Origin: Eledone cirrhosa | Lineage: Eukaryota | Length of the DNA stretch: 64,000 nt | Direction: 5' to 3' | NCBI GenBank assembly: GCA_964016885.1 | Contig: OZ024740.1 | Coordinates: 108,314,001-108,378,000, forward strand | Shown: piece after piece, positions 43,256-56,589 of the stretch | Position numbering within the stretch: the stretch's first letter is position 1 | Layout: every line of letters starts with the position of its first letter | Program-made: the position numbers and the translations under genes | Notes under the pieces: generated by a model | What the model was told of the DNA's origin: nothing | What the model saw: only the letters and a program-made list of their open reading frames with translations | Databases searched by the model: none

Positions 43256-44310
43256 CCTTATATAAATGCCATCATTTAAAAATACACCCAGAAGTGTTTT
43301 TATTACCTCTTATTGTTTCCATTCTTTTTTTCCTACTTTCCTACATTTTCCCCTTACACTCTTCACTTTCTGAAGAAGTGCATAGTCTGAATCATCATGT
43401 ATTGGCTTTTTTTCCACATCTCCTCCTGAGCAATAAGCTAAGATTCTCAATTTGGACCATCTTCTCTCTTCTTTTTGTTTTCCTCTTATTTCATTCACTA
43501 TCATCATCATCATCATCATCATTTAACGTCCATTTTCCACGCTAGCATGGGTTATCAGGAGACTGTGTCTTCCTCATACAGAACTGTTTCTGGCTTGGTT
43601 TCTATGGCTGGATGTATTTCATAACACCAACTAACCAACTACATTTACAGCTTGCACTCTCTCTCGCTTTCTCTCTCCACACACACACACATGCACACGC
43701 ACACGCACACGCACACACGCACACACACACACAAGAGGGTGTTGTAGTTTGCTTGAAGCATTGAGGAATATGAAAAATGAAAAGTGGGTATGTTTAGGAA
43801 GCTGCTACAACGCATGTGGGTTTGAAATACCATGGCAATATAGTTGGAGGGGAATTGAAAGAGGTGAGGACAAAAATTACTGATTGTTTGTTACCTTAAT
43901 AATTTAATAGTCCCGATATTTGGGATATACAGTGACCAGGGAAGACAATCTCTAATTTCTTCATGGTTTTTCCCTACATACACCCCTTGATAATGAAAGG
44001 GAAAATCTGAAATATTGGGACTAAATCATTCTTATCCTTTTATTTTCCTCCTTCTCCCTTTCTTCTACACCACCTCTCTCAATTCCCTTCTAACTATGTT
44101 GCTTTGGTATTTCAAATTCACCTGCATTGTAATGGCTTCCTAAACATACCCACTTTTCATATATATATGAGCATGCATGTGTGTCCCATATTTGTGTCTG
44201 TGTTTATGTCTAGTAATTTAGTTGATATGATAGAGTAAATTGCTTTAAGGCAGGGCTCCAGCATGGTCACAGTCTAATAGCTAAAACCAGTAAAAGAATA
44301 AAAGAATATA

Positions 44311-45001
44311 ACCACATCTCTAAAATTGTCAAGAAGGCCGAGTGTGTCTTAGCATCACTCAGCAAGACCTTTGTCAGCCGCTCTCCAGCTATCTATTTAA
44401 AGCTGTACATAGCTATGGTGCGGCCACACTTAGAATTTGCATCACCAGTCTGGAACCCCTATCTTGCTCAGAACATTGACCGCCTGGAAACTGTTCAGAG
44501 ACGTGCAACCAAGCGAATACCCTCCATCAGACATCTACCATACTCTGAACGTTTTGCTTCCCTGGGCATGGATACATTGAAGCTCCGACGCCTGGCAACT
44601 GACTTGGTAAACACCCACAAAATTATTAACCATCTTGCCAACAACAACCCTGAGTACCTTTTTGATTTCCATGTGTCTAATACATGTGGGCATGCCCACA
44701 AAATCAGAAAACAGCACAATTCCCATGACTTTCAGAAACATTTTTTCATGCTCAGAGTTGCTGAAGCATGGAACAGACTCCCAGCATCAGTTATTAGCTG
44801 TCGAAACACTGCATCCTTTAAAACCTCCATGCTTCCTGAGATTCGCCAACACTACATCTAATATTTCCCCCCCATACACACGCACACATGTATATCATGA
44901 CTCATACACTATTCACTTCCCTGACATTTGTATATTATTCTATGTACTATACATGCACCTTTGACGAGTTGTAGTGCACCTGAGCACTTTACACAATAAT
45001 T

Positions 45002-45031
<30 letters not shown>
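44311..45031 (+). mobile_element. CR1/L2-group LINE 3' fragment
   Basis: VRPHLEFASPVWNPY..LETVQRRATK..RVAEAWNRLP motifs, 3' UTR and (ATT)n tail. Confidence 0.9.
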
Positions 45032-45032
<1 letters not shown>

Positions 45033-45306
45033 AGAGATTTCTAGCAAAACATGATAGTAACACCTTCACAGCGAGTTAGTAATATCTAAACTAATGATTA
45101 GTAGTATTTGTTTGTAAAGCTGATCCAATGAATGGCAGCACTCAGATACCACTACCACCACCCAGGCACCACCACCATTACTATCACCACCCAGGCACCA
45201 CCACCACTTCACCTCCCAGGCACCCACATAGCTCATTATTTTCATTCACATTTCTTTATTACCATCAATGTCTTACAGAACTTCTTTTCATTATAATGCT
45301 AAACCG

Positions 45307-45521
45307 TTAATCCTTTAGCATTTACATAACTCTATATTTACTATTGCTTTTCATGGTAAACACTTTATTTCACATAATATCAAATCTATAAGATTTTGAT
45401 ATTATTTATTTTGAGCACAATACTTTAACATTAGTATGAGCAGCCGGTGATGGCTGGTTTGAACAGAAAGAGGTGAGAGAATTCTGGCCGGATATGGCCA
45501 GTTTAAATGCTAAAGGGTTAA
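45307..45521. mobile_element. TTAA-flanked piggyBac-like MITE (same family as 36827, opposite orientation)
   Basis: TTAA-TCCTTTAGCATTTA ... TAAATGCTAAAGGG-TTAA. Confidence 0.75.
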
Positions 45522-45789
45522 ACTTAAGAAGTTTGTTTCACAATCATGATATCTAGGTTCTATTTCACTGTGTGCCATTTTGGACAAGTGGTTTTTTTTT
45601 TTACCATAGCTTCAGATTTGCCCAAGTAAATTGAAACTATACGGAAACCTGTCAGATACATTGTACTTGTAATTCAAGTGCCACACTGATATGGCTCGGG
45701 AATTACATTAAACCTTTTGTTACCATATTTGAAATGACAGACACTGCCTATTGTTCTTAAATCTTCTTCTTCTTCCACATGTTCCTGTG

Positions 45790-46222
45790 AGTGTGACGGG
45801 GCAGAGTCCTCAAACATGGACAGTGACTGCAGAGGATATGCGCAGGCTGAAGAGAAATGAAGCAATCATGCTTCATTGGATGTGCAATGTAAAAATGAGA
45901 GAAAAGCAGAGCTTGGATGAACTGAGGGGGAAACTGGGTTTAAGACGGACCAGAAGTGGTGTGCCAGAGAGAAGACTGTGTTGCTACAGACATGTGATGT
46001 GCCTGGATGATGATTGCTGAGTGAAAAATTCCCAGTGGAAGGAAGCTGCAGTAGAGGAAGGTCAAGGAAGACTTGGGCTGAGATGGTATGAGCTCATCTC
46101 AAATCACTGAACCTCACAATTGAGATGACTAAGGATTGCAATATGTGGAGAGTTGCTGAAAAGGACCTGTCTAACCAATGCAGGCATGGTAAAGCAGGCG
46201 TAAGAACAATGACAATGATGAT
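45790..46222 (+). mobile_element. Decayed RTE LINE 3' fragment
   Basis: TWTVTAEDMRRLKRNEAIMLHWMC similarity to the RTE copies; GAT-like tail. Confidence 0.8.
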
Positions 46223-47661
46223 AAACACTTTAAAACAAACAGTTTTGTATTGTAGAATCAGGTGGTTATATAGTGAAAGGGTTAAACTTCAAATTTCTAG
46301 GTAGCATACCATTCTATATCCATCTATATCAGTCATTGTTTTATACTTTGATATGTTCAATCACCAGCTTAAAAATGAAAAGGTCATTTCACTAAATCTT
46401 TCCAAATTCTTGATTATTTTCCACTGATATGAAAATTGTAGGGAGTTTTGTACAACATCCATACATAATGTGCATCGGGAGATGACCATTAAATGAAGAA
46501 GTACCAGGAATTCCCAGTGGAAGGAAGTCATGGAAGAGGAAGACGAAGAAAGATGTGGGCAGAGGGGATGAAAGCTGATCTCAAGAAACTGAAACTGCAA
46601 AGAAGAGAAAGAGAGAGGAGGATGAGTAACAGGGGATAGGGGAGAGAGAAAGGGAGCAGGGAGAGAAATATGGAGGAAAGGGGGATAGAGAGATGTGTAT
46701 AGAGAGAAGGCAGAAAGAGAAAGTGTTTCAGAAAATTTAGTAGAAAACTTACCAAACTTTTCACAACAATTTTAATTAATATAATTTTTCATGACACTTT
46801 AAATATTACAATGATTGTTGGGTGAAGTGTCATGACTTTCAATTGGAAGGAAATGGTGGAAGAGGAAAACCAATAAAGGCTTGAGAAGAGCTGCTAAAAA
46901 CTGATCTCAAGATATGGAACTTCACAAAGATGACAAAGGAAAGAAACAAGAGGAGAGATGCTATACCGGGGAGGGATTATCTAACCCATGGTATAACAGA
47001 CATAAAATACCATCAATGACAATAATTGTTTCTACTTTTGGCACAAGGCCAGTAATTATCCCAGTGCATTACTGGTACTTTATTTATTGACCCCATAAGG
47101 ACGAAAGACAAAGTTAACCTCAGATCATAAAGGGTCATAACTCTATGCTGGAAAGCATGGTGTCTGATGCTCTACCAATACTGCCAATCCACTGCCAATG
47201 ACAATAATGATGGTGTCAATGGGAGAGCAATCGGTGACTGCATCACATCTGAGATAATATTTTCACTGTTTATTATCAGAAGAAACTCTGCTCACTCAAT
47301 AAAAATCTGCTTCCTTCAACTCTGTATTTTTTTGCTTCTACTTTTACTAGACTAAACTAAAGGTGTCACTCCAACTAACTTTTCTCTTTTGTCACATCAA
47401 TAAACACAGACACACACACATGCTGATTTGATTTAAGTTGATGTTGTTTGAAGCAACAACAACAAAACAAATGAAAACAAAAATCTGACTTCATTACTCT
47501 CAAGCTGTCACCTGTAATTATCTAATCAACCAGTTCTGCTATAACAAACCTACCAGATATAACAAATTGTTACAGGAGCAGGAGGAGGACATCATCAACA
47601 GTCTTAGGTAATTCATATTTATAAATAGACAGTGAACTATAGCTGCAAATATTTGTAATAA

Positions 47662-47841
47662 ATAATTGTTTCTACTTTAGGCACAAGGCCAGCAAATACC
47701 CAGTGCATTACTGGTACTTTATTTTATCGACCCCGTAAGGATGAAAGGCAAAGTCAACCTCGGCGGGATTTGAACTCAGATCGTAAAGGGGCATAACTAT
47801 GCTGGAAAGCATGGCGTCCGACCCTCTACCGATACTGCCAA
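47662..47841 (-). mobile_element. SINE copy (another at 47023-47197)
   Basis: Family match. Confidence 0.88.
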
Positions 47842-48513
47842 AATGTGTGTGTGTGTGTAAGTGTGTATGTATGTATGTATGTAAGTATGTGTGTGTGAAT
47901 GTGTGTATACATTAGGGCTTGCACCGATTAATTGACAGAATCAGTGTCGGCTTTTTTTATGATGAATCGGCCATTATTGTTTGGAAGCCATAAAACTATG
48001 GGTGACAGAAATTTGGAAAACGCACACACACACATATATAGATGTGTAAAATCCTGACTGAGGTTAAGGCTTGCTTAACACACAAGCCGAAACTACTTGG
48101 CGCTGCAGTCAGGATTTTTCACATCTCTATACCCACTCTACATCTCTCCATGTAACTGCAAAACTGGTAAAATAAATAAATAAATATTCTTAAAAGACTC
48201 CAGTTGCATTTTCAAATTCTTTTCCTCACATTTTTACCTGTATGAGACATTAAAAAAAAACTTACTTTCTTATATATATATATGACAGTTGATCGACTTT
48301 TATTAAATCAGACCGAGGAAACAGTGTTTCCGTTGGTCTTTCCAATTGCTAATACTCTCTATCGGTCGCAACTCCAGGTAGAAGGAGCAACATGAAATAA
48401 ACTGTCTTGCTCAAGGACATAACGCATTGCCCTGTTCAGGAATCAAACTTACAACCTCACTATTGTGAATCCAATTCGCTTACTCCTCAGCCACGCACCT
48501 TCATTATATATAT

Positions 48514-50292
48514 ATCATCATCATCATCATTTTACGTCTGCTATTCCCTGCTTGCAAGGGTGGGACGGGTCTTATTTAGTACAGCATCTCTCCACTTGTC
48601 ACGGTCCTTCGTCATCTCCACTGTGAGCTTCAGTGATCTGAGGTCTGTTCTCACCACCTCTGCCCATGTTTTTCGTGGTCTACCTCTACCACGTCTTCCT
48701 TCAACTGACATTTCCTGGCACTTCTTCACCCATCGGTCATCCTCCATGCACATCACATGTCCATACCAGCTCAGTCTCCTCTCTCGCACACTACATTCTA
48801 TCCCTCTTAGACACAGTTTCTCTCTCAACACATTCATGCTGGGTCGTTCACGCACATTTACACTGCACATCCAACGGAGCATGCTTGCCTCATTTCTCTC
48901 CAGCCGTCGCATATCCTCTGCAGTTGCTGCCCATGTCTCACTACCATGCAGCATCGCGCTCCTCACACGGGCATTATATAACCGGCCTTTCGTACGCAGG
49001 GAGAAACCCTTCTTCGTCAGCAGAGGAAGCAGCTCCCTAAACTTCTTCCAACCTGTCCTTATTCTAGATACTATGGCCTCGGAACACCCTCCTCCCATGC
49101 TAATCTGATCTAGGTACCGGAAGCTATCTACCATTTCTATAGCACCTGCCTGCATTTGAAAAATGTGTCTATCAATGCGACTTCTACTGTCTAATTTCCC
49201 CGTACATCTACTGCATACATATTTCTCCCTACCTGTTAGTTTGCCTGCTATCCCACTACATCTCTTGTGTACCCAGGATCTGCATTGTGTGCATTTTATA
49301 GAATTTATGCCAGTTCCTTTTCTGCATATCGAACATGGCCATTTCCCTGACGGAATCAGAGTTTTGTCCTCTTTTCTACTCATCAACACTTTTGTCTTAG
49401 CTAGGTTCACTCTCAGTCGTCTTGCTTCCAACTGCTGTTTCCATAGCCAGAATTTATTCTCTAGCTCCTCTACTGATTCTGCTATAAGAACCAGATCTTC
49501 AGCATAGAGAAGTTCCCATGGACAGCCAGTCTTAAACTCCTGTTATGGCTTGGAGGACTATAATGAACAAGAGCGGGCTGAGGACCGAACCTTGATGTAC
49601 TTCTACTTGTATCTGGAATTTCCCACTAAACTTCATTCCTACCCTGACTTTACTGAGAGTACCTCTGTACAAAGTTTGCACTGTCCTCACAAGCCATTCC
49701 TCAACACCTAGTTTCCTTAGGGACCACCAGATGACAGATTGGGGTACCCTATCAAAGGCCTTCTCTAGGTCAACAAAGGCTAAGTATAGTGGCTTATTTT
49801 TCTCTAAGAACCTCTCTTGTAATTGACTCACCAAGAAGAGGGCATCTGTTGTACTCTTCCCAGGCACAAAACCAAACTGCATCTCATCTAGTTTGGCCCT
49901 TTCTCTAATTAGTTGTGCTAATATCCTTTCTGCCACTTTCATAACCTGATTCATCAGTTTTATACCCTATAATTGCTCCTCTCCAGAGCATCCCCTTTAC
50001 TTTTGTAGCAATTTATGAGAATACTGCTGCAGTCTTTGGGTTTGACTGCACCATAAATAGCCTGATTGATGATGCGTGTAACCAGTTTAGTGCCTACATC
50101 TCCTGATGCCTTCAGCATCTCAGCAACTATCTCCAATGGTCCAGCAGCCTTACCATTTTTCATTTCCTTAATCGCCTCTTGGACCCTATATTCATCAATC
50201 TCAATAGCTGGTCCCTCTGTCGGATCTACTGAGGGTAATTTCTCTCTCTCCCATTCGTTCTCCGCATTCATCAGTCTCTCATAATAACATTT
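48514..50292 (-). mobile_element. 5'-truncated RTE LINE (subfamily A), defective
   Basis: ORFs 49960-50349, 49532-49954 and 48541-49431; frameshifts; catalytic YADD mutated to YAED (49495-49506); (GAT)n tail. Confidence 0.95.
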
Positions 50293-50302
50293 ATATATAG
50301 AT

Positions 50303-52025
50303 ATCATCATCCTCGTCATCATTTTACGTCCACTTTTCCCTGCTTGCAAGGGTGGGACGGGTCTTATTCAGCACAGCATCTCTCCACTCGTCACGGTCCT
50401 TCGTCATCTCCAACATGAGCTTCAATGATCTGAGGTCTGTTCTCACCACCTCCGCCCATGTTTTTCGTGGTCTACCGCTACCACGTCTTCCTTCAACTGG
50501 CATTTCCTGGCACTTCTTCACCCATCGGTCATCCTCCATGCGCATCACATGTCCATGCCACCTCAGTCTCTTCTCCCGCACACTACATCCAATCCCTCTC
50601 AGACACAGTTTCTCTCTCAACACATTCATGCTGGGTCGTTCACGCACATTTACACTGCACATCCAACGGAGCATGCTTGCCTCATTTCTCTCCAGCCGTC
50701 GCATATCCTCTGCAGTTGCTGCCCATGTCTCACTACCATGCAGCATCGCGCTCCTCACACGGGCATCATATAACCGACCTTTCGTACGCAGGGAGAAACC
50801 CTTCTTCGTCAGCAGAGGAAGCAGCTCCCTAAACTTCTTCCAACCCGTCCTTATTCTAGATACTATGGCCTCAGAACACCCTCCTCCCATGCTAATCTGA
50901 TCTCCTAGGTACCGGAAGCTATCCACCACTTCTATAGCGCCCTCCTGCATTTGAAAAATGTGTCTATCAATGCGACTTCTACAGTCTAATTTCCCCGTAC
51001 ATCTACTGCATACATATTTCTCCCTACCTGTTAGTTTGCCTGCTATCCCACTACATCTCTTGTGTACCCAGGATCTGCATTGTGTGCATTTTATAGAATG
51101 TATGCCAGTTCCTTTTCTGCATATCGAACATGGCCATTTCCCTGATGGAATCAGAGTTTTGTCCTCTTTTCTACTCATCAACACTTTTGTCTTAGCTTGG
51201 TTCACTCTCAGTCGTCTTGCTTCCAACTGCTGTTTCCATAGCCATAATTTATTCTCTAGCTCCTCTACTGATTCTGCTATAAGAACCAGATCTTCAGCAT
51301 AGAGAAGTTCCCATGGACAGCCAGTCTTAAACTCCTGTTATGGCTTGGAGGACTATAATGAACAAGAGCGGGCTGAGGACCGAACCTTGATGTACTCCTA
51401 CTTGTATCTGGAATTTCCCACTAAACTTCATTCCTACCCTGACTTTACTGAGAGTACCTCTGTACAAAGTTTGCACTGTCCTCACAAGCCATTCCTCAAC
51501 ACCTAGTTTCCTTAGGGACCACCAGATGACAGATTGGGGTACCCTATCAAAGGCCTTCTCTAGGTCAACAAAGGCTAAGTATAGTGGCTTATTTTTCTCT
51601 AAGAACCTCTCTTGTAATTGACTCACCAAGAAGAGGGCATCTGTTGTACTCTTCCCAGGCACAAAACCAAACTGCATCTCATCTAGTTTGGCCCTTTCTC
51701 TAATTAGTTGTGCTAATATCCTTTCTGCCACTTTCATAACCTGATTCATCAGTTTTATACCCTATAATTGCTCCTCTCCAGAGCATCCCCTTTACTTTTG
51801 TAGCAATTTATGAGAATACTGCTGCACCAGTCTTTGGGTATGACACCACCATATATAGCCTTATTGATGATGCGTGCAACCAGTTTAGTGCCTACGTCCC
51901 CTGATGCCTTCAGCATCTCAGCAACTATTCCTGATGGTCCAGCAGCCTTACCATTTTTCATTTCCCTAATCGCCTCTTGGACCCTATATTCGTCAATCTC
52001 AATAGCTGGTCCCTCTGTTGGATCT
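50303..52025 (-). mobile_element. 5'-truncated RTE LINE (subfamily A), tandem neighbour with the same lesions
   Basis: ORFs 51755-51961, 51327-51749 and 50324-51226; YAED at 51290-51301; 1795-bp offset from the previous copy. Confidence 0.95.
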
Positions 52026-55000
52026 CATCATCATCATCACCGTTTTACGTCCGTTCTTCCACGCTAGCATGGGTTAGACGGGTTGTCCTGTTGTGGGCAG
52101 TGTCTGGTCGGCTGATCATGCCTTGCTCATACAGGAACTGATCTGGCTTGATTTCTACAGCTGGATGCCCTTCCTAACACAAACCTCATTTACAGTGAGT
52201 GCTGGGTGCTTTTTCGTGGCGCCTACACGTCCACTTTACAGTGTGGGCTGGGTGCTTTTTTGCCGTGGCACCTCCACGACCACCTTGCGGTGGGGGGAGT
52301 GGGGGCATATTGTTTATATGCTTCAGCATGTACCCATGGGAGGTCGGGTACCCTGTATTACTGCGTGACGCCAGAAGTCACGGTCGTGTGTCATTGTCTT
52401 TGAGAGGTGTAGTTGGGTAAGGTCGGCTTTTATCACCTCATCCCAAGTCATCTTGGGTCTCCCCACTCCGCAGTTTCCATCAACTTCTAGTGCTCTGCAC
52501 CTTTTTATGCAGCTGTCATCCTTCATACGCATCACATGTCCATACCAGCGTAACCGCCTCTCCTGCACGCAGCATTTGATTCCTCTTATGCTCAGTCTCT
52601 CTCTCAATTCCTTTATGCTTTGTTGTTCACGTATATTACTGTTACACATCCATCGGAGCATGCAGGCTTCGTTTCTCTCTAATCTACGTAAGTCTTCCAC
52701 CTTCAGCGCCCAGGTCTCACTACCATGCAACATCGCTGTTCGGATACACGCATCATACAGTCTGCCTTTCATTCTGAGGGAGAAGCCTTTTGCAGCTAGC
52801 AGTGGTAGTAGTTCCCTAAACTTCTTCCATCCCGTTCTTACCCTAGTTATTGTACTTTCTGTACGTTGCTAATTCGGTCACCTAGGTAGCAGAAGCTGTC
52901 TACTGTTTCTACAGGGCCCTCCCAGAGATTGGTGGTACTTGTTTCCTGTGGCTGTTTGCTTGCTGTTTCAGCACAGCTGCTGCATGTGAATCCTACATTC
53001 TTAATTAAGCTTCCTGAGATCCCGCTACATCTCTTGTGTACCCATTGTTTGCATTTGGGGCAGAGAATGGAGTTCCTACCTACACCTTTCCTACATACTG
53101 AGCAAGGCCATTTCCCTGAGGGGATCTGGGTTCTGTTTTCTCGTCTACTTACAAGGACCTTAGTCTTTGTCATGTTGACTTTGAGGCCCTTTCTCTCTAG
53201 TCCCTGCTTCCAGGTTTGGAATTTATTCTCTAGTTCTACCATAGATTCAGCTATGAGTGCGAGGTCATCAGCATACAGGAGTTCCCATGGGCATCCGGTC
53301 TTAAACTCCTCCATTATTGCCTGCAGGACTATGATGAACAGGAGAGGGCTTAGAACAGAGCCCTGGTGGACCCCAACCTGTACGCTAAATTCCTCGCTAT
53401 ACTCATTGCTAATCCTAACTTTGCTGACTGCTCCCCTATACATGGCTTGTACCGTTTTCACAAGCCATTCATCTACTCCTAGTTTTCTAAGAGCCCACCA
53501 GATTACTGCACGTGGAACTCTGTCAAAGGCTTTCTCAAGGTCGACAAATGCCAAGTAGAGTGGCTTACTTTTAGCTAGGTACTTTTCCTGTAATTGCCTC
53601 ACAAGGAAGAGGGCATCAGTGGTGCCTCTCCCTGGTACAAACCCAAATTGCTACTAAGGGTAATTTCTCTCTTTCCCAATCGTTCTCCACATTCATCAGT
53701 CTCTCATAATGACATTTCCAGGCCTCCTTTTTCTGATCATTCGTGACACTAAGTACACCGGCATCATCCCGGACACATTTATCTCCAACAACATCCTGAT
53801 TTGCATTGACACACTGCCTTGCAATGTGGAACACCGCACGCCTCTGATCTTTCCATCGCAGAACATTGGCAAACCTCCTACTCTCCGCCTTCCTGCGTGC
53901 TAAGTACACCTGACGTCTAGCTTCTCTCTTAGCGGCTGTATATTTTTCCCTACTCCCTCCCTTTTTCCAAGCCTTCCATGCTAGTCTTTTGTCTCTAATG
54001 GCCTTATCTACTGTGCTGTTCCACCACCAGGTCACTCTCTGTCTGGTTGGAGCTCTGCTCTAGCGACAAGTTTCATCAGTAGCCTGCAGCAAGTTGTCAC
54101 GTAAGAAATTCCAGTTATTATCTATGTCATACGTCTCTAAATCGTCTTCTTTTTCGTCATATACATCTTGAAGGGCTTTCCTAAATTTGTATTTTAGTGA
54201 AAGGTCTTTTAGCTTCCAGACCTTTCTTCTCCACACCTTCCTGTATATCTCATTCTATCTCTTGCTTACTGAGATATCACTAATGACTAACCTATGCTGT
54301 GGGGGTACAATCTTCCCCAGGGTATGCCTTGGTATTAGACACTATCTGCCTGTCCCACTGCCTAACTAGTAAGAAGTCAATCTGGCTTATGTGCTCGCCA
54401 GATTTGTAGGTTATTAGGTGATTGGCAGGTTTCTGGAAGTTTGTGTTGCGAATAGTCAGTGTAGCCGCATCACAAAATTCAAGAAGTCTCACTCCTTCTT
54501 CATTTGTGAGCCGTAACCGTGCCCACCATGTACCCCAGTGTAACCATCCTGGAGCTGTCCAACATGACCATTGAAGTCTCCTGCTAGCATAACAATGTCT
54601 CCGTCCTCTGTCATTGCGGTTGTTTGTAAAAGTTGCTCGTAAGAGCAGTCTTTCTCATCTTTGCCTAGGCCTGCTTGGGGAGCATAGGCAGAGATGATTG
54701 TCAGTAGTCTCCTGCCTACAACTAATCTAAGCTTAATTATTCGATTACTAACTCAAACTACTTCTATTGTCTTATTGATCCATCTCTCAGCCAGAAAAAT
54801 GCCTACTCCCCCTAACCCATCATCCTTACCTACCCAGAAAAGCTTATAGCTAAGACGTTTGCCTACGACTAGTCTCGCAGAGGCACCTCTCCATCTCACC
54901 TCTTGCACGCAGCACACATCCACATGCCTTCTCTCCAGCATCTCCGCTGTTTCAGCAGATCTACCTCTGAGAGTGCCAACATTAAGTGTTGCAACTCTGA

Positions 55001-55030
55001 GATGCGACGTCTTCATACTTTGTTGTTGTT
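52025..55030 (-). mobile_element. Near full-length RTE LINE with APE endonuclease, internally deleted or chimeric
   Basis: APE N-terminus (LRVATLNVGTL..VCCVQEVRW), RT 52847-53602 with YADD, longer 3' UTR, (GAT)n tail; junction at ~53652. Confidence 0.92.
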
Positions 55031-55341
55031 CCTATTTGTTGCTGCGCTGATAAGCGTACTGATATTGATACACTGGTTGGATGCCCTTCCTAACACCAGC
55101 GCCACTTTACAGCATGAACTGGGTGCTTTTATTTGTGCCACCAGCACTAGAGAAGATGTCTTACTAGACTCAAGTGCCCTCTCTACCCCTCCATTTTACA
55201 GCATGGTCATTAAAAAAATATATATATATATTTATATATTTATATATATATATATGTTTATATATATATATATATGTGTAAATGTAATTACGTCGGAAAG
55301 GTCCGGGAAAAAAGAGTGCTCTATGTAGGTTACAGAGCTTA

Positions 55342-55561
55342 ATAGTTATGTAATAAACAACATAAGATAATTATTTCATTTACCAGTGGTTTCTTGAAAA
55401 CAAACAAAATTTGCTTTCAGTCATCAGGATGAAAAAATCCTGGTGTATTTATTGACACTGTCAATAAATATTTTCATTCTGATGACTGAAAGCAAATTTT
55501 GTTTGCTTTCAAGAAACCACTAAATGAAATAATTATCTTATGTTGTTTATTACATAACTAT
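55342..55561. ncRNA. Inverted pair of type I hammerhead-like motifs (PLE-derived fold-back) between (TA)n tracts
   Basis: Minus 55374-55435: TTTCATC-CTGATGA-(TGAAAGCAAA/TTTGTTTTCA stem II)-GAAACCACTGGTA-AATGAAA. The plus copy 55471-55529 has a 3-nt deletion in stem III. Central hairpin at 55446-55470. Confidence 0.7.
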
Positions 55562-55592
55562 ATATATATATATATTTATATACTTATATATT

Positions 55593-55651
<59 letters not shown>

Positions 55652-55808
55652 ATATATATATTTATAAAATTTATATATTTATATATATATATATATATAT
55701 TTATATATTTATATATATATATATATATATTTATAAAATTTATATATTTATATATATATATATTTATATATATATTTATATATTTATATATATATATATT
55801 TATATATA

Positions 55809-55907
<99 letters not shown>

Positions 55908-55910
55908 ATT

Positions 55911-55943
<33 letters not shown>

Positions 55944-55980
55944 ATTTATATATATTTATATATATATATATATATTTATA

Positions 55981-56030
<50 letters not shown>
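55560..56030. repeat. (TA)n/(TATT) compound microsatellite
   Basis: Seen directly. Confidence 0.98.
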
Positions 56031-56132
56031 ACGAAGGAAATGTGGTAAGGAACCAGGTGGACCATAACGCACCAAAGTACTCAATACTTGAGGTAGTAGA
56101 GTGGGTAATAGGAACCAGTAAGACCCCGACAG
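56030..56132 (-). mobile_element. Orphan copy of the Penelope 3' tail
   Basis: Near-identical to 59696-59798 (ACGAAGGAAATGTGG...ACCAGTAAGACCCCGACAG). Confidence 0.9.
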
Positions 56133-56544
56133 AGTTTTTAGAGTCATACTGGTTTTTGAGGAAACAAAACCAGTATGACTCTAAAAACCGGTTTGTCTGT
56201 GTGTTTACATACAGAATAGCTGGCCACTCACAGTAAAGTGACCAGTGAAAAAACTTGGTACATCTACATATGTATACGTGTGTGTATTCATATACATACT
56301 AGTATTTCAGTATACATATATGGATGTACATCTTTAACTTAATTGTTTAAGCGTCAGTCATACAAAAGTGAGTTACAAATGAAACAAAATTTAATTTCGT
56401 TTCGTTATTTGTTTTTATCGTCTCCGTTGAACCGGTACTTACTCACACTCTATGCAAATTAGTATGCCCACTACTAATTTTCATAGAAAAAGCATATAAC
56501 GATATGTGCTTTTACGATTCTCTAGAGAGGCCGGAAGATAGGTA

Positions 56545-56589
56545 AATATTGCTGATGAGTTGTAACAACAACGAAACTAGTTCAATATT
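56545..56589 (+). ncRNA. Minimal type I hammerhead ribozyme
   Basis: AATATTG-CTGATGA-GTTG(TAACAA)CAAC-GAA-ACTAGT-T-CAATATT: 7-bp stem I, intact core, palindromic stem III, GUU cleavage triplet. Confidence 0.85.

Noticed and set aside
47576-47607. Possible 32-nt micro-exon (TTACAG/GTAATT) as PSMG4 exon 2
   Set aside because: Translation does not resemble the PAC4 C-terminal half and the acceptor is weak; PSMG4 exons 2-3 remain unlocated.
48407-53558. Plus-strand ORFs of 100-230 aa
   Set aside because: Antisense to RTE coding sequence.
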